64,000 nt of DNA from Desulfatiglandales bacterium. Its GTDB lineage: Bacteria; Desulfobacterota; DSM-4660; Desulfatiglandales; HGW-15. The notes below the pieces were generated by a model. The model was given only the letters and a program-made list of their open reading frames with translations, did no database searches and was not told the origin of the DNA. Location of the stretch: positions 30,256 through 94,255 of the forward strand of contig JBMNCO010000068.1 in the NCBI GenBank assembly GCA_049366815.1, in the 5' to 3' direction. The translations under genes and the position numbers were made by a program. The first letter of the stretch is position 1. Each line of letters opens with the position of its first letter. Shown in pieces: positions 8,404-16,969 of this stretch.

Positions 8404-9366
8404 ATGGTCAAGCTGTTTAAGGAAAACAACCGTCAAGATAACGAGAAGGAAAAAGGCTTCTTCCAGCGATTGCGCCAAGGCCTTTCCAGGACAAGATCCG
8501 GCCTGGCAGGCGGACTGGATGCCGTAATATTCGGCCGAAAGGAAATCAACGGGGACCTGCTCGAAAAACTTGAAGAGATCCTGTTCACATCCGATCTGGG
8601 AGTGGCTACCACACAGGAGCTGATTGATCTGGTTCAGGAAGGCGTCCGCAGAAAGGAACTGGACAAACCCGAGAAACTGAAGGCCATGATGAAGGAACAG
8701 ATCCAGGCCTTTCTCCATGTGCCGGATGCCGAGCATCCCTCGCCCGCAGAGGGGGAACCCCTGGTCATCATGGTCATCGGCGTCAACGGAGTGGGGAAGA
8801 CCACAACCATCGGAAAGGTGGGAAACCACTTCAAGGAACAGGGGAAAAAGGTCATGCTTGTCGCCGCCGACACCTTCAGGGCGGCCGCCGTCGAACAGCT
8901 CGAAATCTGGGGACAAAGGATAGGGGCGGAGGTCGTCAAACAAAAGGAGGGTTCCGACCCCTCTGCAGTGGCCTTTGACGCCGTTTCAGCCGCCCGGGCA
9001 AGGGGCACGGATATCGTCATCATCGACACGGCGGGCCGGCTTCATACCAAGAGCAACTTGATGGATGAGTTGGAGAAGATCCGGAGGGTCACCGGAAAAC
9101 AGCTTCCCGGCGCACCCCACGAGGTGTGGCTGGTACTGGACGCGACAACGGGTCAAAACGCTATTGCCCAGGCCGAGATTTTTCATAAGGAAGTAGGCGT
9201 AACCGGCATTATACTCACCAAGCTGGACGGCACGGCCAAGGGAGGCGTGGTCGTGGGCATCTCCCATCAACTCAAACTGCCCCTCAAGTTTATCGGAATC
9301 GGCGAAAAGATCGACGATCTTCGGCCCTTTAATGCACAGGATTTTGTCAATGCCATTTTTGATTAG
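8404..9366 (+). CDS. ftsY: Signal recognition particle receptor FtsY
   Basis: SRP-GTPase motifs [13 protein letters not shown] (G1), DTAGRLH (G3) and [10 protein letters not shown] (G4). AAGGAG SD 10 nt upstream of the ATG. Confidence 0.95.
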   Translation: MVKLFKENNRQDNEKEKGFFQRLRQGLSRTRSGLAGGLDAVIFGRKEINGDLLEKLEEILFTSDLGVATTQELIDLVQEGVRRKELDKPEKLKAMMKEQIQAFLHVPDAEHPSPAEGEPLVIMVIGVNGVGKTTTIGKVGNHFKEQGKKVMLVAADTFRAAAVEQLEIWGQRIGAEVVKQKEGSDPSAVAFDAVSAARARGTDIVIIDTAGRLHTKSNLMDELEKIRRVTGKQLPGAPHEVWLVLDATTGQNAIAQAEIFHKEVGVTGIILTKLDGTAKGGVVVGISHQLKLPLKFIGIGEKIDDLRPFNAQDFVNAIFD

Positions 9367-9403
9367 ATTCCGGGACCGGGCATCCCAATAGATACGGTCA
9401 ATG

Positions 9404-10798
9404 TCAGGACGCCATATCGAAGATCTTTCCCGGATTCAGGACCATGTTGGGGTCAAAGAGGCGCTTGATTCCCATCTGCAGCCGGAGGCTCTCGGGGGAG
9501 ATCTCAAGGGGCATGAACCTCTTCTTGGCCATGCCTATGCCGTGCTCCCCTGAGATGGTGCCCTTCATGGAAAGGACCCGCTCCAGGATCCCCCTGATCC
9601 CCTCCTCGACACGGCCCATATCCGACTCGCTCCCCGCAGTGATGTTCAAATGGATGTTCCCGTCTCCGGCATGGCCGAAACTGTAAATCTTCATGCCGTA
9701 CGCCCTTTCAAATTCAGGAAGGACCCCCACAAAATCCGCAATCTCCCCGACGGGTACGACCACATCCTCAGGGATATACACGGGCCAGTTCTCCTCGATC
9801 CTGAGAGAGACCTGCCTCCGGATCTCCCAGAGTCTCGCCCGCTTCCGGGAGTCCGGAGCCATGAGCACCTCCTGCGCGCCAAAGCCCATACAGATCTGCC
9901 CGACGGCCTCCATCTCCTTTTCAATGGTCCCCGGGGGGCCGTCCAGTTCGATGAGGAGGAGGGTATCTGTTTCCCCGGTGTCTTGAATCGGAAGCATATC
10001 GCCGACCAGGTCAAGGCAGGCTCGGTCAAGAAACTCCAGGGCACAGGGGACATGGCCCTGCCCCAGGATGGATGTGACGGACTCCATGGCAGCGGAGAGG
10101 TGGGAGAAAAAGGCCACGGAAGTTGTGACGGCCCCGGGTTGGGGCAGGAGTTTCAGGATCAACTTGGTTATGACCCCCAGGGTGCCCTCTGACCCGACGA
10201 GGAGGTGAACCAGGTCATAGCCCACGACCCCCTTTCGCGTCCGGACGCCTGCTGCGATCTTCTCCCCCGAAGGGAGGACGGCTTCCAGACCCAGGACGTA
10301 GTCCCTGGTCGTTCCGTACTTGATGCAGCCGGGCCCGCCGGCATTGGTGGCGGCATTGCCGCCCAGGGACGACGTATCCAGACTCGCCGGGTCCGGGGGA
10401 TAGAAGAGCCCGACATCCTTGGCTGCGTCCTTCAGGTCCAGGTTGATGACCCCGGGTTCAACCACGGCGATCAGGTTCTCCCTTTCAATGGAAAGGATCC
10501 GGTTCATCCTGGCCAGAGAGAGGACGACCCCCCCGTGGACCGGAACAGCTCCGCCCGCCAGGCCCGACCCCGCCCCTCGGGGGGTGACAGGGAACGCATA
10601 TCTGTTTGCAAGACGCAGCAGGGCCTGAATCTGTTCGGTTTCCGTGGCCTCTACGACCAGATCCGGCGTGCGGTTGTCCTCACCGGCGTCCTTGCCAAAC
10701 TCTTCCAGCTTTGACCTTTCCAGGACGACAAGACCTGAACCGACCGCTTTTCTGATTTGTTGGATGATTTCGGGTGTGAAGGCCTTGTAGTCTTTCAT
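9404..10798 (-). CDS. FAD-binding oxidoreductase, GlcD / D-lactate dehydrogenase family
   Basis: PCMH-type FAD-binding domain (PRGAGSGLAGGAVP). C-terminal GTISGEHGIGMAKK motif of the GlcD/DLD family. Confidence 0.85.
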   Translation of the reverse strand: MKDYKAFTPEIIQQIRKAVGSGLVVLERSKLEEFGKDAGEDNRTPDLVVEATETEQIQALLRLANRYAFPVTPRGAGSGLAGGAVPVHGGVVLSLARMNRILSIERENLIAVVEPGVINLDLKDAAKDVGLFYPPDPASLDTSSLGGNAATNAGGPGCIKYGTTRDYVLGLEAVLPSGEKIAAGVRTRKGVVGYDLVHLLVGSEGTLGVITKLILKLLPQPGAVTTSVAFFSHLSAAMESVTSILGQGHVPCALEFLDRACLDLVGDMLPIQDTGETDTLLLIELDGPPGTIEKEMEAVGQICMGFGAQEVLMAPDSRKRARLWEIRRQVSLRIEENWPVYIPEDVVVPVGEIADFVGVLPEFERAYGMKIYSFGHAGDGNIHLNITAGSESDMGRVEEGIRGILERVLSMKGTISGEHGIGMAKKRFMPLEISPESLRLQMGIKRLFDPNMVLNPGKIFDMAS

Positions 10799-11473
10799 TT
10801 AAGAACCACGGTGCTCAAAACCTGGAAAACGCAACGAATGCTCAACCCTGTGGAGGCCCCATGTGGCCACAGAGGTGAGCAGGAGATAGACCGCACCCAC
10901 AATGAGGAAGATCTCGGTATATTTGAAGGTCTCCGAGGCGATGATCTTTCCTTCGCCCGTCAGCTCTATACAGGTAATCATGTAGGCCAAAGAGGAGTAT
11001 TTGATCAGATAAATGACCTCATTGCCGCAACCGGGCAGGGCCCTTCGCAGGGCCTGCGGGAGAATGATCGAACGGACCATTTTCAACTTGGAAAAGCCAA
11101 TGGCCTTGGCGGCCATCATCTGCCCGCTTTTTATGGAAAGAAAGGCGCCGCGGATATATTCCGAATGATACGCTGCACTGCAGAGAGAGAATCCGACAAC
11201 GGATGCCAGAAAGGGGCTCATGTAGATACCCACGTGGGGCAGGCCGAAATACCAGATAAAGAGCTGGACCACCAGGGGAAACCCCCGGAACACGACCGTA
11301 TACCCATTGGCCGCTGCGGCGAGCAGGGGATTGCCGTAAACCCTCAGTGCACCGATGACGACCCCCCCGATCAGCCCACAGATCGCCGAGGGCACGATCA
11401 GTTGGATGCTGACCCACAGACCTCTGAAAAGGGAGGGCAGGACATCCTGCTGTATAAAGAAAAGCTCTTCCAT
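10799..11473 (-). CDS. Amino-acid ABC transporter permease (His/Glu/Gln/Arg/opine family)
   Basis: Polar amino-acid permease EAA-loop region AAKAIGFSKLKMVRSIILPQALRRALPGCGNE. Its stop TAA directly abuts the glcD-like ATG (TAAATG). Confidence 0.9.
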   Translation of the reverse strand: MEELFFIQQDVLPSLFRGLWVSIQLIVPSAICGLIGGVVIGALRVYGNPLLAAAANGYTVVFRGFPLVVQLFIWYFGLPHVGIYMSPFLASVVGFSLCSAAYHSEYIRGAFLSIKSGQMMAAKAIGFSKLKMVRSIILPQALRRALPGCGNEVIYLIKYSSLAYMITCIELTGEGKIIASETFKYTEIFLIVGAVYLLLTSVATWGLHRVEHSLRFPGFEHRGS

Positions 11474-11474
11474 G

Positions 11475-12239
11475 TCAGCGGGACTCCCCGTAGAGGTCTT
11501 TCAGCTTTCCGCAGAACTGTCTGGTTCTCTCTCGCTCGGCATTGAAAAGGATCTTTTCCGGGGGCCCTGTCTCCAGGATGCACCCATCCTCCATAAAGAC
11601 CATCTCCTTTGCCAGATCGATGGCAAATCCGATCTGATGGGTCGCCATGAGCATGGGCATACCGTTGATCCCAAGGTCCCGGATGACGGCCAGGACCTCG
11701 GTAATCAGCTCCGGGTCCAGGGCCGATGTGGGTTCATCAAGGAGCATCACCTTGGGGTCCATGGCCAAGGCCCTGGCGATGGACACCCGCTGTTTCTGGC
11801 CCCCTGAAAGTTCCGCCGGGTACTTTGTAACATGATCCTTGAGGCCGACCCGCTCCAGTTCCATAAAGGCCCTTTCCCGGGCCTCGACCCTGTGCATCTT
11901 CCTGACCTTCACAAGACCGATTTCCACATTTCTGAGGGCCGTCAGGTGATCAAAGAGGTTGAATTCCTGGAAGATCATGCCCACCTTCTGCCGATAGGCA
12001 TAAAGCTCCTTTCTATGCCCATGGTTAACCTCCTCCCCGTCCAGCCAGATGCGGCCCTTTTCCGGCTTGATCAGGAAATTGATGCACTGCAGGAGCGTGC
12101 TCTTGCCTCCCCCGGACGGACCGATCAGGATCTTCAATTCTCCCTCGTTGATGGCAAGAGAGGCCTCCTTGAGGACCTCCTTGTCCCCATATCTCTTGCT
12201 GACATTCTCAATCCTCAATACGGGATCTTTTTCATTCAT
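11475..12239 (-). CDS. Amino-acid ABC transporter ATP-binding protein
   Basis: Walker A GPSGGGKST, signature LSGGQKQRVSIARAL, Walker B VMLLDEPTSALD. Confidence 0.95.
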   Translation of the reverse strand: MNEKDPVLRIENVSKRYGDKEVLKEASLAINEGELKILIGPSGGGKSTLLQCINFLIKPEKGRIWLDGEEVNHGHRKELYAYRQKVGMIFQEFNLFDHLTALRNVEIGLVKVRKMHRVEARERAFMELERVGLKDHVTKYPAELSGGQKQRVSIARALAMDPKVMLLDEPTSALDPELITEVLAVIRDLGINGMPMLMATHQIGFAIDLAKEMVFMEDGCILETGPPEKILFNAERERTRQFCGKLKDLYGESR

Positions 12240-12252
12240 CAGGACGTCATCC

Positions 12253-12918
12253 TTATCGCGAATATCCGGGAATTCTGAACCTTTCGTGCAACATCTTGAG
12301 CCCCTTGGTGCCCAGGAAGGTCAAGATCAGGAACAGCACACCCGCGGTAAAATAGAGGGGAAGGTGCTGATAGGTCCTTGAGGCCACAAAATGGGCACGG
12401 GCCATGACCTCGGTGACCCCCAGGGCATAGGCCACGGCGGAATCTTTGAGCACGATGGAATATTCGTTGGACCAGCCGGGGATGGAAAGCCGCAGGGCCT
12501 GGGGGAGGACAATGAAGAGGATCGCCTTGGCATCACTCATGCCGATGGCCCTGGCGGCCTTGAGCTGACCTTCCGGCAGGGCCAGAATAGATCCCCTGAA
12601 GATTTGAGACTGGTAGGCCGAGGTAATCAGGCCCAGGACAATCATGGCCACGGTAAAGGCCGAGAGATTGATATTGAACCAGGAAAAGAGCCCGAAATAA
12701 AAGAGGAAGAGTAGCACCAGGAGGGGGACTCCGCGGAAAAACCAGACATAGATGCCGACGAGCCGCCGCACATGTCTGTGCCCATAGACCTGTCCCACGG
12801 CAAGGGCCACGCCGATGAACAGCCCCAGCCCCATGGCCCCACAAACCAAGGCTATGGTCACAAGCAACCCCTGGAGCAGGTAGGGAAAGGCGTCACTTAT
12901 GGCAATCAGATAGTCCAT
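12253..12918 (-). CDS. Amino-acid ABC transporter permease (second subunit)
   Basis: Paralogous to 10799..11473. AARAIGMSDAKAILFIVLPQALRLSIPGWSNE. Confidence 0.9.
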   Translation of the reverse strand: MDYLIAISDAFPYLLQGLLVTIALVCGAMGLGLFIGVALAVGQVYGHRHVRRLVGIYVWFFRGVPLLVLLFLFYFGLFSWFNINLSAFTVAMIVLGLITSAYQSQIFRGSILALPEGQLKAARAIGMSDAKAILFIVLPQALRLSIPGWSNEYSIVLKDSAVAYALGVTEVMARAHFVASRTYQHLPLYFTAGVLFLILTFLGTKGLKMLHERFRIPGYSR

Positions 12919-13007
12919 TTACCGAAAGGTCCTGAAAAATTTGGAAGGCACCAGGGGCGGGACCCGATGCCTTCCGTGTGTAACCATCCTAAAATTCCCC
13001 TGATGGG

Positions 13008-13769
13008 TTATTCCAGATCATATTGCTTTTTCAATTCTTCCCAGTAGGGGGAAGCCATCAACCGTTTGAGCCCTTCATTCAGGGTGTCCAGAAGTTCTTT
13101 GTCCTCTTTTCGAACGGCGTAGCCAAAGTCTTCATTCTCCATCCCGAAGCCGCCCACGATCCGCACCGGTTTCTTTTTCACGGCATCCTTTGCGGGTGCG
13201 TCATCCATGGCTGCGGCCTTAATACGACCGTTCACCACGTCCTCCACGGCCAGAGGCGCTGAATCATAGTGCACCAGCTTGAAATCCTTCTGCTCTTTCT
13301 TTATCAGGTTGTCTTCGATCCATTTGGCCTCGGTGGTCCCCCGCTGTACGCCGATCTTATTGCCGTTGGACAGCAGCGCATCCACTGACAGCGTGGAATT
13401 TTCCGGCGCCACAAGGACCTGTGCAATGATCCAGTAGGGGATGGTAAAATTGACCTGCTCTTTTCGTTTTTCGGTCACGCTCATCCCGGACGCGATCATG
13501 TCAATCTTCTTGGCCCTCAGGCTTGGGATAATGCCGTCCCAGTCCATGGGCTGATGTTTGACCTTGAATCCCATTTCCTTTGCAATCCAGTCCACTGATT
13601 TGACATCAAAGCCGTCAGGAACGCCGTTTTTGTTTACAAAGGCAAAGGGAGGAAAATTCGCGTCAATCCCGTTAATATAGACCTTCTCCCCGGCAAGGGC
13701 GCCCGGCGCTCTGGTAAACAGGACAACTGCTGAAATTGCCAAAAAAATTGCAAATACCCTCTTTAACAT
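13008..13769 (-). CDS. Amino-acid ABC transporter periplasmic substrate-binding protein
   Basis: Signal peptide MLKRVFAIFLAISAVVLFTRAPGALA. Type-II PBP family 3 pattern GIDANFPPFAF...GFDV...AKEMG...DGIIPSL...KIDMIASGMS. Confidence 0.9.
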   Translation of the reverse strand: MLKRVFAIFLAISAVVLFTRAPGALAGEKVYINGIDANFPPFAFVNKNGVPDGFDVKSVDWIAKEMGFKVKHQPMDWDGIIPSLRAKKIDMIASGMSVTEKRKEQVNFTIPYWIIAQVLVAPENSTLSVDALLSNGNKIGVQRGTTEAKWIEDNLIKKEQKDFKLVHYDSAPLAVEDVVNGRIKAAAMDDAPAKDAVKKKPVRIVGGFGMENEDFGYAVRKEDKELLDTLNEGLKRLMASPYWEELKKQYDLE

Positions 13770-13840
13770 AAGCCTATTCTCCTTTTTTTAGTCATAGTGA
13801 AAAGTCAAAGGACCATCCCTACATCACTTAAAGAGAAGGA

Positions 13841-13869
13841 AGTATAAGACAAAAGGTCCTGCGTGTCAA
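13841..13869 (-). promoter_or_regulatory. Sigma70-type promoter of the ABC-importer/glcD-like operon
   Basis: The minus strand reads TTGACA (13869-13864), a 17-nt spacer, then TATACT (13846-13841), ~70 nt upstream of the substrate-binding-protein ATG. Confidence 0.6.
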
Positions 13870-13987
13870 AGCCCAAAGGCGCCACCCATTGCATTCTCAT
13901 TCGAACGGCATCCTTTTTCTGAAGTGATCTTAATTGGTGGTGAGGGCCCCAACCATAATGGGATCATCGGACATGCAGGCTGTCTTA

Positions 13988-14908
13988 TCAAACGGATTCC
14001 ACCGGTCCCTGAGCCGCCCGAATAACCCTCATGAAAAGATCCGCATCACCTTCCCTCCCAATGATAACCCTCACCCTGGGGCCCAGTGGCCTCCATTGAT
14101 CCACACTGCCGCACTTGAAAAGGGCGATGGACGGCGTTCCAAGCATGGCGGCAAGGTGGGTGACGCCGCTGTCATGCCCCACATAAAGACAGGCACGGTT
14201 GAGATGGGAGATGAGTTCGGAGGGTTCCGGAGAAAAAATAATGTTTGCTGAAGTGTTGAAAAGGTGTTTTTCATAATAGGTGAGCATCGGCTCCTCGGCC
14301 GGTCCGAGAAGCAGGGAAAGAGCTTGCCCTTGTCCAAAATGATGTCTCCATTCTTGCACTAACTTCAGCCAGAAGACAGGAGCGTGATTCTTGGTTTGTG
14401 ATCCGGAACCCGGATGGAAGACGGTCTCCGCCCTCCTCGGGACCGTCGGCTTGCCGCCCAGGAGCGGCCTTTCAATCGCCTTCGACAAACAGAGTTCGGG
14501 CACAATTGGAACGCCCGCCTTCTCGAGGCAGCGTGCGATGTGGAGGGAGGCGTGAATACCGGTCCCTTTTGCCGGAAAAGGAGGGAAGATGTGCACCCTG
14601 GATACAGGGAGCAGATGACCGAGATTTTTTTTGACTGTGCCCTCCGGATCACTCAGAAAGGCCACGACGGGATCCGCCTGCGGAATTGAGAACCCGGGAT
14701 AATCGGCCGGATCCTCCTGAAAGAGGGCATGCCAACCCCGCCCCTCGTAATCTATGGCCTGAAGGACATGGGGTTTGATGTAGGCAAGACCCGGAAACCG
14801 TCCTACGAACAGGATTTCGGTCGAGGTCCGGAGAGCGGCGATGGAAGGCATCAGCATCAGGGTATCACCCAGGGCCCCGGGCCGGATGATGAGAATTTTT
14901 TGTGGCAT
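13988..14908 (-). CDS. Glycosyltransferase family 9 (LPS heptosyltransferase-like)
   Basis: Start chosen at ATG 14908 (MPQKILIIRPGALGDTLM) with a purine-rich SD. C-terminal GHDSGVTHLAAMLGTP motif of GT9. Confidence 0.85.
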   Translation of the reverse strand: MPQKILIIRPGALGDTLMLMPSIAALRTSTEILFVGRFPGLAYIKPHVLQAIDYEGRGWHALFQEDPADYPGFSIPQADPVVAFLSDPEGTVKKNLGHLLPVSRVHIFPPFPAKGTGIHASLHIARCLEKAGVPIVPELCLSKAIERPLLGGKPTVPRRAETVFHPGSGSQTKNHAPVFWLKLVQEWRHHFGQGQALSLLLGPAEEPMLTYYEKHLFNTSANIIFSPEPSELISHLNRACLYVGHDSGVTHLAAMLGTPSIALFKCGSVDQWRPLGPRVRVIIGREGDADLFMRVIRAAQGPVESV

Positions 14909-15057
14909 GGGGCTCTTCTTTCCCTTCCTATTCCAGTCCGGTACAGTTGGACTTAAAAGATTTTTTCCCGACCCAAAGCAGCCCCTGGGATCACAGCGCC
15001 TTCCGATGATCCTGATCATAATCGAAAAAAGACCTTGATTCAATAAGATATCGAGTC

Positions 15058-15085
15058 TTGACAAGAGGGCTTCCATGTTTACCCT
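15058..15085 (+). promoter_or_regulatory. htpX promoter (sigma70-like TTGACA-16-TACCCT; also reads as sigma32-like CTTGACA...ACCCTTTT)
   Basis: TTGACA at 15058-15063 and TACCCT at 15080-15085. GAGGAGG SD and the ATG at 15113 follow. Confidence 0.5.
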
Positions 15086-15112
15086 TTTAACAATACGAGG
15101 AGGTAAAAAACC

Positions 15113-16045
15113 ATGGGAAACTGGTTTAGGACGACCCTGTTATTGGGAATAATGACGGCACTGATCGTGTGGATTGGGCGTCTTTTGGGCGGACAACAGG
15201 GGATGATCTTCGCTTTCATCCTGGCTATAGGCATGAATTTTTTCAGCTATTGGTTCTCGGACAAGATCGTATTAAAGATGTATCGTGCCAGAGAAGTCGG
15301 CCCTCAGGAGAGCCCTGAACTTTATGAAATCGTAAGACACCTGGCAGAGAGAGCCGATCTGCCCATGCCACGTGTCTACATCATCCCTCAGGGCTCCCCC
15401 AATGCCTTTGCAACCGGGCGAAATCCGCGTCATGCCGTGGTAGCCGTGACCGAGGGCCTGCTCAAGCTCATGAATCGGGAGGAAATCAGCGGCGTGCTTG
15501 CCCACGAGATGGCCCACGTCAAAAACAGAGATATCCTGATCGGTTCCATTGCCGCCACGATGGCGGGCGCCATCATGATCATCGCCACTATGGCCCGATG
15601 GACGGCCTTCCTGGGGGGTGGTTCCAGCGACGACGACGAAGGAGGACTGGGCACGATTGGTCTGCTGGCCATGTCCATCCTCGCGCCTCTCGCGGCTATG
15701 CTCATACAGATGGCCATCTCCAGGTCAAGAGAATATCATGCCGATGCAACGGGAGCAGCCTTTGCCGGAAGGCCTGAGGGCCTTGCCTCGGCCCTGGGGA
15801 AACTGGGGGCCTATTCCAAGCGCCTGCCCATGCATACCCATCCCAACACGGCCCACATGTTTATCGTCAACCCCCTTTCCGCAAGCAAGTTGGCCCACCT
15901 TTTTTCGACCCATCCGCCCCTGGAGGAAAGGATCACACGGCTCCTGGGAAGCCGCTCCTCCTCATCATCCGGGGGACAGGCCCCGGAAGAAGGACACCTC
16001 GGTCGAAGAGCGGCCCGGGACGCCTGGCGCAATCTCTCCAGGTGA
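15113..16045 (+). CDS. htpX: Zinc metalloprotease HtpX (M48 family)
   Basis: N-terminal TM helices, HEMAH zinc motif ([14 protein letters not shown]), downstream EYHAD glutamate ligand region. Confidence 0.92.
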   Translation: MGNWFRTTLLLGIMTALIVWIGRLLGGQQGMIFAFILAIGMNFFSYWFSDKIVLKMYRAREVGPQESPELYEIVRHLAERADLPMPRVYIIPQGSPNAFATGRNPRHAVVAVTEGLLKLMNREEISGVLAHEMAHVKNRDILIGSIAATMAGAIMIIATMARWTAFLGGGSSDDDEGGLGTIGLLAMSILAPLAAMLIQMAISRSREYHADATGAAFAGRPEGLASALGKLGAYSKRLPMHTHPNTAHMFIVNPLSASKLAHLFSTHPPLEERITRLLGSRSSSSSGGQAPEEGHLGRRAARDAWRNLSR

Positions 16046-16095
16046 GCCTTTGGGAGCAGGCCTTGATGGGGTGATACAGGGGCAGGAATCCTGTA

Positions 16096-16124
16096 TTGAC
16101 ACCCTGTCCCGATATCCCTATAAT
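16096..16124 (+). promoter_or_regulatory. Consensus sigma70 promoter of the OmpA-family lipoprotein gene
   Basis: TTGACA (16096-16101), a 17-nt spacer, then TATAAT (16119-16124). Both hexamers are perfect; 24 nt upstream of the ATG at 16148. Confidence 0.75.
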
Positions 16125-16147
16125 TTTGCTCAAAGGGGGTTTTGATT

Positions 16148-16792
16148 ATGAAGAGATTTATAGTAGCCGCACTCCTGTTGACGCTGGCAGGAGGTTGCGC
16201 ACCACAGAACAGGACTCAGAAGGGCGGAGTTTACGGGGCGGCAGGCGGTGCCGCTGCAGGCGCCATCGTCGGGCAACTCATCGGAGGAAAGACCAAATCG
16301 ACCCTGATCGGAGCGGCCATAGGCGCGGCCGTAGGAGGTGCCTCGGGAGCAGGCGTCGGGAACATGATGGATAGGCAGGAGGCCGAGTACAGACAGACCC
16401 TGTCCGATTCCGAAGCCGCCGCAGTCCGGCGTGAGGGCAATCTTTTGGCCATCACCTTTAAGTCGGATTTTGTCTTTGGCACCGATTCGGCCCAGATCAA
16501 TCCGGGACTCATGCCCGAGATTCAGCGTATTGCAAGGATCATGGCTGAATATCCCCAGACCTTGATCCGTGTTGAGGGACACACGGACAGCACAGGCACA
16601 GCGGCTTACAACATGAAGCTGGGCCAGCGCCGGGCCGACGCCGTGCGCGATCTTCTTATCCAAAACGGTGTAGCCCCGGAGCGAATGGAGGCCGTATCTT
16701 TCGGTGAAGATCAGCCCATTGCCGACAACACCACCCCTGAGGGCCGGCAGTTGAACCGCCGGGTGGAGATCAAGATCGCGCCACAGCAGTAG
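16148..16792 (+). CDS. OmpA-family lipoprotein (glycine-zipper N-terminal region plus OmpA_C peptidoglycan-binding domain)
   Basis: ATG at 16148 (the track start at 16142 is TTG). Lipobox LTLAGGC. Gly-rich AAGGAAAGAIVGQLIGG region. OmpA_C motif RVEGHTDSTGTAAYNMKLGQRRADAV. Confidence 0.9.
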   Translation: MKRFIVAALLLTLAGGCAPQNRTQKGGVYGAAGGAAAGAIVGQLIGGKTKSTLIGAAIGAAVGGASGAGVGNMMDRQEAEYRQTLSDSEAAAVRREGNLLAITFKSDFVFGTDSAQINPGLMPEIQRIARIMAEYPQTLIRVEGHTDSTGTAAYNMKLGQRRADAVRDLLIQNGVAPERMEAVSFGEDQPIADNTTPEGRQLNRRVEIKIAPQQ

Positions 16793-16883
16793 TTGCGATA
16801 TCATTTCCTGTTTGCGGCTTTCGGCCCTTTAGAGACGCATTGAACATTCCCAGGGGTACGCGCTGTGTGCCCGTCGCGCCATA

Positions 16884-16917
16884 ACAAAGGCCCTTACCAT
16901 CCGGTTCGGGCCTTTGT
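16884..16917. terminator. Bidirectional terminator hairpin between the convergent ompA-family and lon genes
   Basis: ACAAAGGCCC (16884-16893) pairs with GGGCCTTTGT (16908-16917). U-rich tails on both strands (TTTGTTGT and TTTGTTAT). Confidence 0.55.
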
Positions 16918-16969
16918 TGTATCTGAAAACGTTGCACTGGCTGGCAGGTCTTGATCTTCAGGAAATGGT

